Shown: positions 19,833 to 28,607 of the stretch, in pieces | How the letters are laid out: every line of letters starts with the position of its first letter | How positions within the stretch are numbered: position 1 is the first letter of the stretch | Assembly: GCA_043812795.1 (NCBI GenBank) | Contig: JBDRLU010000042.1 | Coordinates: 13,903 to 77,902, forward strand | DNA from: Chloroflexota bacterium | GTDB lineage: Bacteria; Chloroflexota; Dehalococcoidia; Dehalococcoidales; UBA2162 | DNA length: 64,000 nucleotides | Reading direction: 5' to 3' | Made by a program: the position numbers and the translations under genes | The notes under the pieces: model-generated | Database searches by the model: none | What the model was told of the DNA's origin: nothing | Seen by the model: only the letters and a program-made list of their open reading frames with translations

Positions 19833-20708
19833 ATGAGTTTGAAATCAGCTATTGAAGCCGGAAAATTTGTGGTTACTGCCGAAGTGGGCCCTCTGAAAGG
19901 GACTGACGTTACCGAACTTAATGAGGTGGGTGAACTGCTCAAGGGACGAGTGGACGCCGCTAACGCCACCGACCAGCAAAGCTCAGTAATGAGGCTGGGT
20001 TCTCTGGTAACCTGCCACCTGCTTAAGCAAAAAGGTCTTGACCCCGTGCTCCAGATGACTTGCCGCGACCGGAACCGCCTCGCCTTACAATCCGATTTGC
20101 TCAGTGCGGCGGTTCTGGGCATCAATAACGTACTGGCACTGACCGGCGATTTGCCGTCGCTGGGCGACCACCCTCAGGCCAAACAAGTCTATGACCTGGA
20201 TTCGGTTGGCTTATTGTGGGCCATCGGCCAGCTAAACGAAGGGAAGGATATGGCCGGTAACGCACTCCAGGGAAAGCCAGACTTCTTTCCTGGGGCCGTC
20301 GTCAACCCCGGTATCAATACCGAAGCCGGCTTTGAACTCCAGCTTGCCAAGATGGAAAAGAAAATCAATACCGGCGCCAGATTCTTTCAGACTCAGGCGA
20401 TTTACGAGCCAGAGAAATTCGCCAAATTCATGAAAAGGGCCGCCGAGTTTAAAGTGCCTGTCCTGGCTGGCATCATACCCCTCAAATCAGTTGGTATGGC
20501 CCGCTTCATGAACAAGAACGTGGCTGGTGTCTTTGTTCCCGAGCCGCTAATCCAGCAAATGAGTGCCGCCAAAGACAAGACCCAGACCGGGCTACAGATT
20601 GCCGCCGACCTGATTAAACAGCTCAAGGACATGTGCCAGGGCGTACATATTATGGCCATCGGCTGGGAAAAGAAAGTACCTCAGATTCTTGACTCAGCCG
20701 GGCTTTAG
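19833..20708 (+). CDS. metF: methylenetetrahydrofolate reductase (acetogen-type MetF)
   Basis: MetF-like TIM barrel sequence (VTAEVGPLKG, QMTCRDRN, LALTGD). ATG 19833 is better spaced from aaggag than GTG 19827. Confidence 0.85.
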   Translation: MSLKSAIEAGKFVVTAEVGPLKGTDVTELNEVGELLKGRVDAANATDQQSSVMRLGSLVTCHLLKQKGLDPVLQMTCRDRNRLALQSDLLSAAVLGINNVLALTGDLPSLGDHPQAKQVYDLDSVGLLWAIGQLNEGKDMAGNALQGKPDFFPGAVVNPGINTEAGFELQLAKMEKKINTGARFFQTQAIYEPEKFAKFMKRAAEFKVPVLAGIIPLKSVGMARFMNKNVAGVFVPEPLIQQMSAAKDKTQTGLQIAADLIKQLKDMCQGVHIMAIGWEKKVPQILDSAGL

Positions 20709-20713
20709 CGGAC

Positions 20714-21373
20714 TTGTTTCCGGTGCAAGATAAACATCTGGCTGTACCTGGGTATAAGGACTACGAATATGCTTACGGGCAATCTTATCAGGTGGCCCGC
20801 GAGCAGTTCGCCAGGATTGATATTGAGCAGCAGTGCCGCAATAGCGATGCTCAATATCAATCAGCCGGTACCAAGGAAATCACCATCCGCTATTTAAACC
20901 AGGCCTATCGCATCACCCTGCCCGATATTGTTGTCTCCTTGGTAAATGGCGCGGCCACTATCCCGATAAGAGATAAACTGCTCATCCTCCACTATTTCAT
21001 TACCGCCAAGGGCACCCCCCCGACCAACAAGCTCATTACTTTTAAGGAGTTACCCGAAGGCACCGTCTATTTCCCGACCTTCGCCAAGCGGACGATTAAG
21101 CCTCTACTGGATAATTTCAGCCAGGAGCCGAGCCAACTGGTATCGGCTGGTGAGAAACTGGGGGGGCATCAGGCCAACTACGGTGATGCTGCTGTTACTT
21201 TCACCCCCTTCAGCCGGGTGCCGATAACGTTCATCTTGTGGCGTGGTGATGACGAATTCGCTCCGCAAGCCAGTGTCGGCTTCGACGCTAATATTCGAGA
21301 TTACTTACCTACCGAGGATATCATTGTCCTCTGTGAGACCATCGTCTGGCGGCTGGTCAGGTCTCTCAAATAA
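20714..21373 (+). CDS. DUF3786-like protein (family recalled as common beside acs genes)
   Basis: 219 aa and the last gene of the operon. The family assignment is from memory of sequence character only. Confidence 0.45.
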   Translation: MFPVQDKHLAVPGYKDYEYAYGQSYQVAREQFARIDIEQQCRNSDAQYQSAGTKEITIRYLNQAYRITLPDIVVSLVNGAATIPIRDKLLILHYFITAKGTPPTNKLITFKELPEGTVYFPTFAKRTIKPLLDNFSQEPSQLVSAGEKLGGHQANYGDAAVTFTPFSRVPITFILWRGDDEFAPQASVGFDANIRDYLPTEDIIVLCETIVWRLVRSLK

Positions 21374-21406
21374 TCAGTGAGTTGCTTTTTGGTCAGTGTT
21401 CCAAAA

Positions 21407-21513
21407 TGTCATTCTGAAGGAGCAAAGCGACTGAAGAATCCGTTTTCCCTCGAGTAAAACACGGGTTCTGCGCGGAGTTTACACTGAGCGTGGCGAATGT
21501 GCTCAGAATGACC
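21407..21513. repeat. ~105 bp element with terminal inverted repeats (gtcattctga ... tcagaatgac), family B
   Basis: Arms at 21408-21417 and 21503-21512. Same architecture as 55421-55514. Confidence 0.5.
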
Positions 21514-21549
21514 GACCATTGTTTCAGACAGTCCCGAGATGAGGATAGG

Positions 21550-22209
21550 GTGCCAACACGTAAAAGTAAACTACCGGAGATAAGTGGAGATGACCGGAAG
21601 CCGATAAAGGTTACGGCTATCGTTCTCGCTGGCGGTAAATATCTGCGCCTGGGCAAAAACAAAGCACTTGAAGTTATCGGCGGTACGAGCCTGATTGAAC
21701 GTGTTATCGAAAGGCTGCAGCCTTTCGCCAGCCAGATTTTAATCGTAACTTCGCCCGAGCTTGTGACGTTCCCTGTTTCTGAAAAAGCAAAAGCCCTCAT
21801 TGACCTTTATCCCGACAAAGGCCCACTGGCCGGTATTTACACCGGTCTGCAAGCAGCCCGCACGTCATATAGCCTTGTCGTCGCCTGTGATATGCCTTTT
21901 CTCAACCAAAGACTGCTGGGCTATATGATTGGACTGGCGCCTGGTTTCGATGCCGTAGTTCCCCGTTTAGGTGAGCGGATGATGGAGCCGCTTCATGCTG
22001 TCTATGCCCGGAGCTGCCGGGACAAGATGAAAGCCCGGCTGGAAAATGACCAGTTGAGCCTCAACTCTTTTCTCGGTACCGTGAAAGTAAGATACGTTGA
22101 ACGGGACGAATGCCAGCGCTTCGACCCACAGCTTCTGTCCTTCTTTAATATCAATTATCCGGCCGACCTGGACAAAGCGATTACGTTAGCCGTCCAAGAA
22201 AAGAAATAA
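21550..22209 (+). CDS. mobA: molybdenum cofactor guanylyltransferase (MobA)
   Basis: AIVLAGGKYLRLGKNKAL nucleotide-binding N-terminus. The 5' part of ORF 21490.. overlaps repeat B, so GTG 21550 is preferred. Start uncertain. Confidence 0.7.
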   Translation: MPTRKSKLPEISGDDRKPIKVTAIVLAGGKYLRLGKNKALEVIGGTSLIERVIERLQPFASQILIVTSPELVTFPVSEKAKALIDLYPDKGPLAGIYTGLQAARTSYSLVVACDMPFLNQRLLGYMIGLAPGFDAVVPRLGERMMEPLHAVYARSCRDKMKARLENDQLSLNSFLGTVKVRYVERDECQRFDPQLLSFFNINYPADLDKAITLAVQEKK

Positions 22210-22294
22210 CGGCAACTTGACCTGGAATATGTGTTCCCAACGAACTTGATATTCCATACCTAATCAATTACCATTAAGAATAGTTTCTCTCTAA

Positions 22295-22978
22295 GTGATG
22301 GAAAACACATCGTTCTTAGTTGCTTTTGGGGCCGGGCTGCTCTCCTTTGTCTCGCCCTGCATTTTACCGGTAATACCGGTGTACCTGGGTAGCCTTTGCG
22401 GCCCGGAAGTGTACCAGCCCCTGACGAGAAAAATTCGCTGGTCTATGTTTCTCCATTCCCTTGTTTTCGTCGCCGGGTTTTCTTTGATTTTCATTTTGCT
22501 CGGTGCAGTGGCCGGACTTACCGGCTTTACCATCAACCTGCACTCGAGGCTGACTCGCCAGATAGCCGGCAGCTTACTCATAATCTTCGGCCTGCTAATG
22601 ATAGCGAGCCTGAAAATACCCTGGCTAAATTATGAGAGACGGCTGTCCCCATCTCTGGGCACTACAACCGGTTATTTCCGTTCTTTTCTGACGGGAAGCG
22701 TATTCTGCCTCGCCTGGACGCCCTGTGTTGGCCCCCTATTGGGTGGCATCCTGGCCCTGGCGGTGAATTCAGCCACAGCCTGGCACGGTACCTATTTACT
22801 GGCCATATACTCCCTCGGTTTAGGGCTGCCTTTCATCATCGCCGGCATTGCTTTCGACGTAATCACGCCCGTCCTGAGACGCATCCGAAGTTATTCGACC
22901 GCCATTTATCTTTTCAGCAGTGTTCTGCTCATCACCATGGGCGTCCTGACGCTGCTCAACAAGCTAATTTGGCTTTAG
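22295..22978 (+). CDS. ccdA: CcdA/DsbD-family thiol-disulfide electron transporter
   Basis: 227 aa polytopic protein with SPCILP and WTPCVGP motifs. Confidence 0.8.
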   Translation: MMENTSFLVAFGAGLLSFVSPCILPVIPVYLGSLCGPEVYQPLTRKIRWSMFLHSLVFVAGFSLIFILLGAVAGLTGFTINLHSRLTRQIAGSLLIIFGLLMIASLKIPWLNYERRLSPSLGTTTGYFRSFLTGSVFCLAWTPCVGPLLGGILALAVNSATAWHGTYLLAIYSLGLGLPFIIAGIAFDVITPVLRRIRSYSTAIYLFSSVLLITMGVLTLLNKLIWL

Positions 22979-23008
22979 TCTCAGCTTTAAGGTAAAATAA
23001 AGAAAGAC

Positions 23009-23554
23009 GTGAAAAGAATATCAAGAGTAATTATACCTGTATTTTTTGTTGGGGTGCTGGCTTTAAGCGGCTGCTCTACCGGCTTCGGTCCCGCCGGAGC
23101 CCAGACCGGGAGTACGGTGCTGACCGGAACACAGCCGGGACAGCAAGCCCCCGACTTCCAGCTTAAAGACGTTGACGGACAGGTTGTCTCTTTAAGCGGA
23201 CTACGCGGCAAGCCGGTACTGCTCAATTTCTGGGCAACCTGGTGTCCTCCATGTCGTTCTGAAATGCCATTGCTTCAGCAGACCTATGAGGAATGGTCAG
23301 CTAAAGGGCTGGTCTTGCTGGCAGTCGATATCGGTGAGAGCCCAGCTACGGTAAAAGAGTTTCTATCCAGTAACAAACTCACGCTGCCGGTACTTTTGGA
23401 CAGCCAGCAGCTTGTCGCCGAACAGTATCGTATCTCCTTAATCCCGACAACTCTCTTCATCGACAAAGACGGCATAATCCGGCAAAGAATAGTCGGTGCT
23501 TTTCCCGACCGAGCTGTGATAGAAACAGAGCTACAGAAGATAATGACGCAATAA
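23009..23554 (+). CDS. TlpA/ResA-like thioredoxin-fold lipoprotein
   Basis: Lipobox-like LALSGC, WATWCPPC active site, 181 aa. Confidence 0.8.
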   Translation: MKRISRVIIPVFFVGVLALSGCSTGFGPAGAQTGSTVLTGTQPGQQAPDFQLKDVDGQVVSLSGLRGKPVLLNFWATWCPPCRSEMPLLQQTYEEWSAKGLVLLAVDIGESPATVKEFLSSNKLTLPVLLDSQQLVAEQYRISLIPTTLFIDKDGIIRQRIVGAFPDRAVIETELQKIMTQ

Positions 23555-23576
23555 ACGGGGGTGACTTACTAACAAG

Positions 23577-23900
23577 ATGAGTGATGTTTTAAATGAAGCT
23601 TACGGCATCGTCCAGTGCAAAGAATGCCCGTGGTATAAGTCCTGCGTGACACCGATGCGCTTTACCGCCGAGGATATTCGCCGGCAACTGGAAGCATCCG
23701 CACCGGCCATGGGCGCCGCCCAGCAGGCCGACCTGACCATGCAGAGCCTTCTCCAGAATATGGCTTCGGCGGCCCAGAACTCATTGCTGGAAGGCTGTCC
23801 GGTCTTTATCGACCGGCTGCGGGCCAACCCTGAGCTAGCCCGGCGCATCAAAGAAATCATGCGCAACTGGGGCAAAGAAGAGAACAAAGAGACAAAATAA
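23577..23900 (+). CDS. hypothetical 4-Cys protein
   Basis: 107 aa with CKECPWYKSC plus one distal Cys. No family recognised. Confidence 0.4.
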   Translation: MSDVLNEAYGIVQCKECPWYKSCVTPMRFTAEDIRRQLEASAPAMGAAQQADLTMQSLLQNMASAAQNSLLEGCPVFIDRLRANPELARRIKEIMRNWGKEENKETK

Positions 23901-24022
23901 CAAAATCTCCTTGTAACTCCTCTCCTTTACAAGACTAAACATTTTTTGATACCCTTAACCTGTAACTTCATGCCCCTGGATTAAAAAATGACCAAACGGA
24001 AGTACTTGTGAGGAGATGAGCC

Positions 24023-25621
24023 ATGACCGAGCCACGCGAGCGAAAAAGTGTCTTCCTGACCACGGTTGACGGGCTGGAAGTAAAACGCGTTTATTCCCAG
24101 GACGATTTAGCCAGCAGTCAGGACGCCAGCCTCCCCGGAGATTTTCCTTATACCCGCGGCATCATGCCTTCGGGCTACCGCAGCCGCCTGTGGACAATGC
24201 GGCAATATGCCGGCTTCGCCACCGTCGAGGAAACGAACAAGCGTTACAAATACCTCTACGAGCAGGGACAGACCGGTTTCAGTGTGGCTTTTCACCTGCC
24301 CACCCAGATTGGCTATGACTCCGACCATCCGATGGCCGCCGGTGAGGTCGGGCGGTGCGGGGTGGCCATCGACTCGCTGCGCGATATGGAAGAACTATGG
24401 GAGGGCATCCCCCTCGCCCAGGTCAGCACCTCGATGACTATTAACGCCACGGCCCCGATTATCCTGGCGATGTATATCGCTGCCGCCGAAAAGCAGGGTG
24501 CCGATAGAAACAAACTCGAAGGGACAGTCCAAAACGACCTGCTCAAAGAATATATCGCCCGCAATACCTATATTTTCGCCCCTGAACCGTCCATGCGCCT
24601 GACCACCGACCTCTGCTCTTACTGTGCCCGGCATCTGCCCAAATGGAACTCAATCAGCATCAGCGGCTATCACATGCGGGAGGCGGGGTGTACCGCCACT
24701 CAGGAAGCCGCCTTTACCATCGCCAATGGCATTGCCTACGTCCAGGCGATGATTGACCGGGGTATGGAGGTGGACTCTTTTGCTCCGAGGTTCTCTTTCT
24801 TCTTCGGGGCCTATACCAACCTGTTTGAAGAAGTGGCTAAGTTCAGAGCGATGCGCCGCATCTGGGCGAAAATAATGACAGACCGGTTCGGCGCCAAAAA
24901 CCCGCGGTCGCTGACCATGCGCTATCACGTCCAGACCGATGGTTTTACTCTCACCGAGCAGCAGCCGCTGAATAACACGGTCAGAGTCACCATCCAGGTC
25001 CTGGCGGCAGTACTGGGTAGCTGTCAATCGCTTCATGCCAACTCTTATGATGAAGCACTATCGCTGCCCAGCGAAGGGGCCGTACAGCTATCGTTGCGCA
25101 CGCAGCAAATTATCGCCTACGAGAGCGGCGCCACCGATACCGTGGACCCCCTCGGCGGCTCCTATTACGTCGAGCGACTGACCGACCAGATAGAGGCGGG
25201 AATTCAGAAATACATTACTCGTATCGACGAACTGGGCGGAGCTTCGGAAGCCATCAAGAAAGGCTACATTCAGCAGGAAATCAGACGCTCGGCCTACAAC
25301 TATCAGAATGCTGTCGACTCCGGTGAGCAGGTAGTGGTCGGCGTGAATATGTTTGCTACCGGCGAGGAGCCGGCCAACGAAATATTCGAAATCGATGAAA
25401 GCGTCGAGAAAAAACAGGTAGAGAGATTGAAAAAATTACGTTCCGAGCGCGACAACGAAAAGGTAAAGAAAGCCCTGGAGGAAGTCCGCCGCGTCGCCCG
25501 GAGCGATGATAACACCATGCCCGCATTAATCGACGCCGTCAAGGCTTATGCCACCGTCGGGGAAATAAGCGACGCATTGCGGGACGTTTTCGGCGACTAC
25601 CGGGAGCGGCCTGTTATCTAA
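24023..25621 (+). CDS. methylmalonyl-CoA mutase, large (substrate-binding) subunit
   Basis: 532 aa with FPYTRGI, RQYAGF and typical MCM barrel sequence. Confidence 0.9.
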   Translation: MTEPRERKSVFLTTVDGLEVKRVYSQDDLASSQDASLPGDFPYTRGIMPSGYRSRLWTMRQYAGFATVEETNKRYKYLYEQGQTGFSVAFHLPTQIGYDSDHPMAAGEVGRCGVAIDSLRDMEELWEGIPLAQVSTSMTINATAPIILAMYIAAAEKQGADRNKLEGTVQNDLLKEYIARNTYIFAPEPSMRLTTDLCSYCARHLPKWNSISISGYHMREAGCTATQEAAFTIANGIAYVQAMIDRGMEVDSFAPRFSFFFGAYTNLFEEVAKFRAMRRIWAKIMTDRFGAKNPRSLTMRYHVQTDGFTLTEQQPLNNTVRVTIQVLAAVLGSCQSLHANSYDEALSLPSEGAVQLSLRTQQIIAYESGATDTVDPLGGSYYVERLTDQIEAGIQKYITRIDELGGASEAIKKGYIQQEIRRSAYNYQNAVDSGEQVVVGVNMFATGEEPANEIFEIDESVEKKQVERLKKLRSERDNEKVKKALEEVRRVARSDDNTMPALIDAVKAYATVGEISDALRDVFGDYRERPVI

Positions 25622-25634
25622 ATTGGAGGAGACT

Positions 25635-26039
25635 ATGCAGCGAAAAAACATTCGTGTCCTGCTGGCTAAACCGGGATTGGACGGACATGATAGGGGGGTA
25701 AACGTCATCGCCCATGGTCTCCGTGACGCCGGCATGGAAGTAATTTATCTGGGCATCCGCATGATGCCCGAGCAGATTGCCCAGGCCGCTATCGAAGAAG
25801 ATGCCGATGTCGTCGGCCTGAGCTGCCTCTCCGGCGCTCACCTGACCCTCTTTCCCAAAACAGTCAAGCTCGTCCGGGAAAAGACCGGCAAGGATGTCCT
25901 TTTTATCGGCGGCGGCATCATCCCGCGAAAAGATGTGCCGAAACTAATTGAAGCCGGTTTTGCCCAGACCTTCGGGCCGGGCACACCCATCCCTGAGATT
26001 GCCAAATTCATCAAAGAAAAACTGGGGGTGAAGGAATGA
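25635..26039 (+). CDS. methylmalonyl-CoA mutase B12-binding subunit
   Basis: GLDGHDRG cobalamin-binding motif. ATG 25635 follows ggagga. Confidence 0.85.
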   Translation: MQRKNIRVLLAKPGLDGHDRGVNVIAHGLRDAGMEVIYLGIRMMPEQIAQAAIEEDADVVGLSCLSGAHLTLFPKTVKLVREKTGKDVLFIGGGIIPRKDVPKLIEAGFAQTFGPGTPIPEIAKFIKEKLGVKE

Positions 26040-26437
26040 TTACTAAAATCAATCATATCGGGATTGCCGTCAATAACATCGATGAGGCGGTGAAACTCTA
26101 TACCGAGGCCCTGGGGCTGACGCTGAAAGACGTCGAAATTAACGTCGAGCAGAAAGTGAAAACGGCCCTCATTCCGGTGGGCGAAAGCATGATTGAGTTG
26201 CTGGAATCGACCGAGCCGGATGGAACGATTGCCAAGTTTATCGAAAGAAGAGGGGAAGGGCTGCACCACCTGGCTTTAGAAGTAGATAATATTGAAGATG
26301 CTTTAAAAATGCTGGCCGGCAAAGGCATCAGCCTCGTTGACCAGACACCGAGAAGCGGTGCCGAAAATACCCGCATTGCCTTCCTCCACCCCAGGAGCAC
26401 CAAGATACTTATCGAAATCGTCGAGCCGGGGAAATAA
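26036..26437 (+). CDS. mce: methylmalonyl-CoA epimerase (VOC family)
   Basis: 133 aa with INHIGIAV ... [11 protein letters not shown]. Confidence 0.8.
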   Translation: MITKINHIGIAVNNIDEAVKLYTEALGLTLKDVEINVEQKVKTALIPVGESMIELLESTEPDGTIAKFIERRGEGLHHLALEVDNIEDALKMLAGKGISLVDQTPRSGAENTRIAFLHPRSTKILIEIVEPGK

Positions 26438-26438
26438 C

Positions 26439-28013
26439 ATGGCCGAGGAAGATAAAGATATCAAGAATAAATTGATAGGCAGCCTGAGGGAGCGCCGTGA
26501 GAAAATCAGGGAAATGGGCGGCAAGGAACGCGTCGATGCCCAGTTAAAACGTGGCAAGCTGACCGCTCGCCAGCGCATCGATACGCTTCTGGATAAAGGC
26601 ACCTTCCGCGAGATGGGTATGTTCGCCAAAAGTCGTGGTTCGGCTTCCTATGGTGATGTTCCCGCCGATGCCGTGATTACCGGCTACGGCCTGATTGATG
26701 GCCGCAAGGTATTTATTTTCTCTCAGGACTTTACCAGCATGGGCGGCACGCTTTCGGAAATACACGCTAAGAAAATTTGCCAGGTGCTCGATGGCGCCAT
26801 GAAAGCCGGATGTCCGGTCATCGGACTCAACGATTCCGGCGGCGCCCGCATTCAGGATGGTGTTGACTCTTTATCCGGCTTCGGCCAGATTTTCTATCGC
26901 AATACGCTGGCCTCTGGTGTAATTCCCCAGATTTGCGCGATATTAGGACCGAATGCCGGCGGCGCCGTCTATTCTCCGGCCCTGATGGACTTTATCTTCA
27001 TGGTCAAGGGCATCAGCATGGCCTTTATCACCGGGCCGAGAGTGGTCAAAGCCGTGTTAGGGGAAGATGTCGATGAAGAGGAACTCGGTGGCGCGATGGC
27101 CGCCCAGAAGAAAGCCGGCGTCGTCTGCCGTTCGGAAAACAGCGAATTGGAATGTTTACTCAATATCAAGGAACTGCTCAGCTATTTACCGTCGAGCAAC
27201 CGTGACCGGCCGCCCCGCATCGACCAGGGCGATAAGCCCGACCGCACCGACCCCACCCTGTTCGATATTGTTCCGGCGCAACCCAACCAGCCGTACGACA
27301 TGCACCGGATAATCGAAAAAGTCTTCGACCAGCGGGCGGACGGGCAGAAAAACTATTTCGAGCTATTCCCCCTTTTCGCCACCAATATCATCACCTGTTT
27401 CTCGCGGCTGGACGGACGCTCGGTGGGTATCATCGCCAACCAGCCGATGTCCAAGGCCGGGGTGCTGGATATCGATTCCAGCGACAAAGCCTCGCGGTTT
27501 ATCCGCTTCTGCGATGCTTTCAATATCCCGATAATTAACCTCGTTGACGTACCGGGCTACATGCCGGGCACGGCTCAGGAGTGGGGTGGCATCATCCGGC
27601 ACGGGGCCAAGATGCTCTACGCTTACGCGGAAGCTACTGTTCCCAAACTGACGGTCACTATCAGAAAAGCCTACGGCGGCTCCTACCTGGGCATGTGCAG
27701 CAAGGACATGGGGGCCGACTTCGTCTTCTGCTGGCCGACGACCGAGTTGGCCGTCATGGGTGCCGAGGGCGCCGCGCCCATCATCTTCCGCCGCGAACTG
27801 GAAAAAGCCGCCGACCCGCAAAAAGCCCTTCAGGAGAAAATAAGGCAGTACCGTGAGGAATTCACTAATCCCTACCGGGCGGCCGAAAACCTCCATATCG
27901 ATGACGTCATCGACCCGGCGGAAACCAGGCCGAGGCTAATCGAAGCCCTAAACATGTTCTCCGATAAACTGGAGAAACGTCCCCACAAAAAGCACGGCAT
28001 CATGCCGACGTAG
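26439..28013 (+). CDS. methylmalonyl-CoA/propionyl-CoA carboxyltransferase (acyl-CoA carboxylase beta family)
   Basis: Typical carboxyltransferase sequence (DSGGARIQDG, ITGPRVV). Start moved to ATG 26439. Confidence 0.85.
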   Translation: MAEEDKDIKNKLIGSLRERREKIREMGGKERVDAQLKRGKLTARQRIDTLLDKGTFREMGMFAKSRGSASYGDVPADAVITGYGLIDGRKVFIFSQDFTSMGGTLSEIHAKKICQVLDGAMKAGCPVIGLNDSGGARIQDGVDSLSGFGQIFYRNTLASGVIPQICAILGPNAGGAVYSPALMDFIFMVKGISMAFITGPRVVKAVLGEDVDEEELGGAMAAQKKAGVVCRSENSELECLLNIKELLSYLPSSNRDRPPRIDQGDKPDRTDPTLFDIVPAQPNQPYDMHRIIEKVFDQRADGQKNYFELFPLFATNIITCFSRLDGRSVGIIANQPMSKAGVLDIDSSDKASRFIRFCDAFNIPIINLVDVPGYMPGTAQEWGGIIRHGAKMLYAYAEATVPKLTVTIRKAYGGSYLGMCSKDMGADFVFCWPTTELAVMGAEGAAPIIFRRELEKAADPQKALQEKIRQYREEFTNPYRAAENLHIDDVIDPAETRPRLIEALNMFSDKLEKRPHKKHGIMPT

Positions 28014-28033
28014 AAAACCCAGCCAGAGCTAGG

Positions 28034-28606
28034 TCACAGCTTTGAAGCCTTAAGGCGTTTGGGTTTAAGGACGATGGCTGGTTTTGTTCTTTTTGAATAG
28101 GTGAAACCTTCGGCGCTGAGAATGTGACCATACTTGGCTTCAAGCTCAGATAATATACCCGCATCGAGTGCCTTGGTGGGGCAGGCCTCAACACAGACCG
28201 GTTTTTTCCCCTCCTCCCACCTATCGAGACAGAAGTCACATTTGTGCATCTTGGCGGCAGTCTCGGGTCCAAATTGCGGGGCTTTATAGGGGCACACCGT
28301 AAGACACTCGGTTCTGCAAGTATCTTTACCAAGACAGGCCTGAGTATCCACGACTACTATACCGTCTTCATCCCTTTTGGAAATAGCGTGAGTTGGGCAT
28401 GCCTTGACACAAATGGGGTCCAAGCAGTGGTAACAAGGCATCGCCATATAGCTGACGAATACATCTGGATAACTGCCCTTTTCATTGTAGAGCATTCTTA
28501 TCCAGTTCTCAGGTCCGGCAGGTATGTCATGCCAGTCTTTGCACGCTATCCTACAGGCACCACAGCCGGTACAGCGGGATTGGTCGAAATAGAAACCAAC
28601 CTGCAT
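28034..28606 (-). CDS. DmsB-like four-cluster Fe-S subunit (beta-1)
   Basis: 190 aa with CTGCGACRIAC, CYHCLDPICVKACP and CDFC...CVEACP. The third motif is atypical: CLGKDTCRTECLTVCP. Confidence 0.85.
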   Translation of the reverse strand: MQVGFYFDQSRCTGCGACRIACKDWHDIPAGPENWIRMLYNEKGSYPDVFVSYMAMPCYHCLDPICVKACPTHAISKRDEDGIVVVDTQACLGKDTCRTECLTVCPYKAPQFGPETAAKMHKCDFCLDRWEEGKKPVCVEACPTKALDAGILSELEAKYGHILSAEGFTYSKRTKPAIVLKPKRLKASKL

Positions 28607-28607
28607 T

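Noticed and set aside
24023-28013. Methylmalonyl-CoA mutase/epimerase/carboxyltransferase cluster next to the Wood-Ljungdahl region, considered as a possible novel pathway link.
   Set aside because: The gene set and order are the ordinary methylmalonyl-CoA (propionate/succinate) module. I saw no unusual domain or motif.
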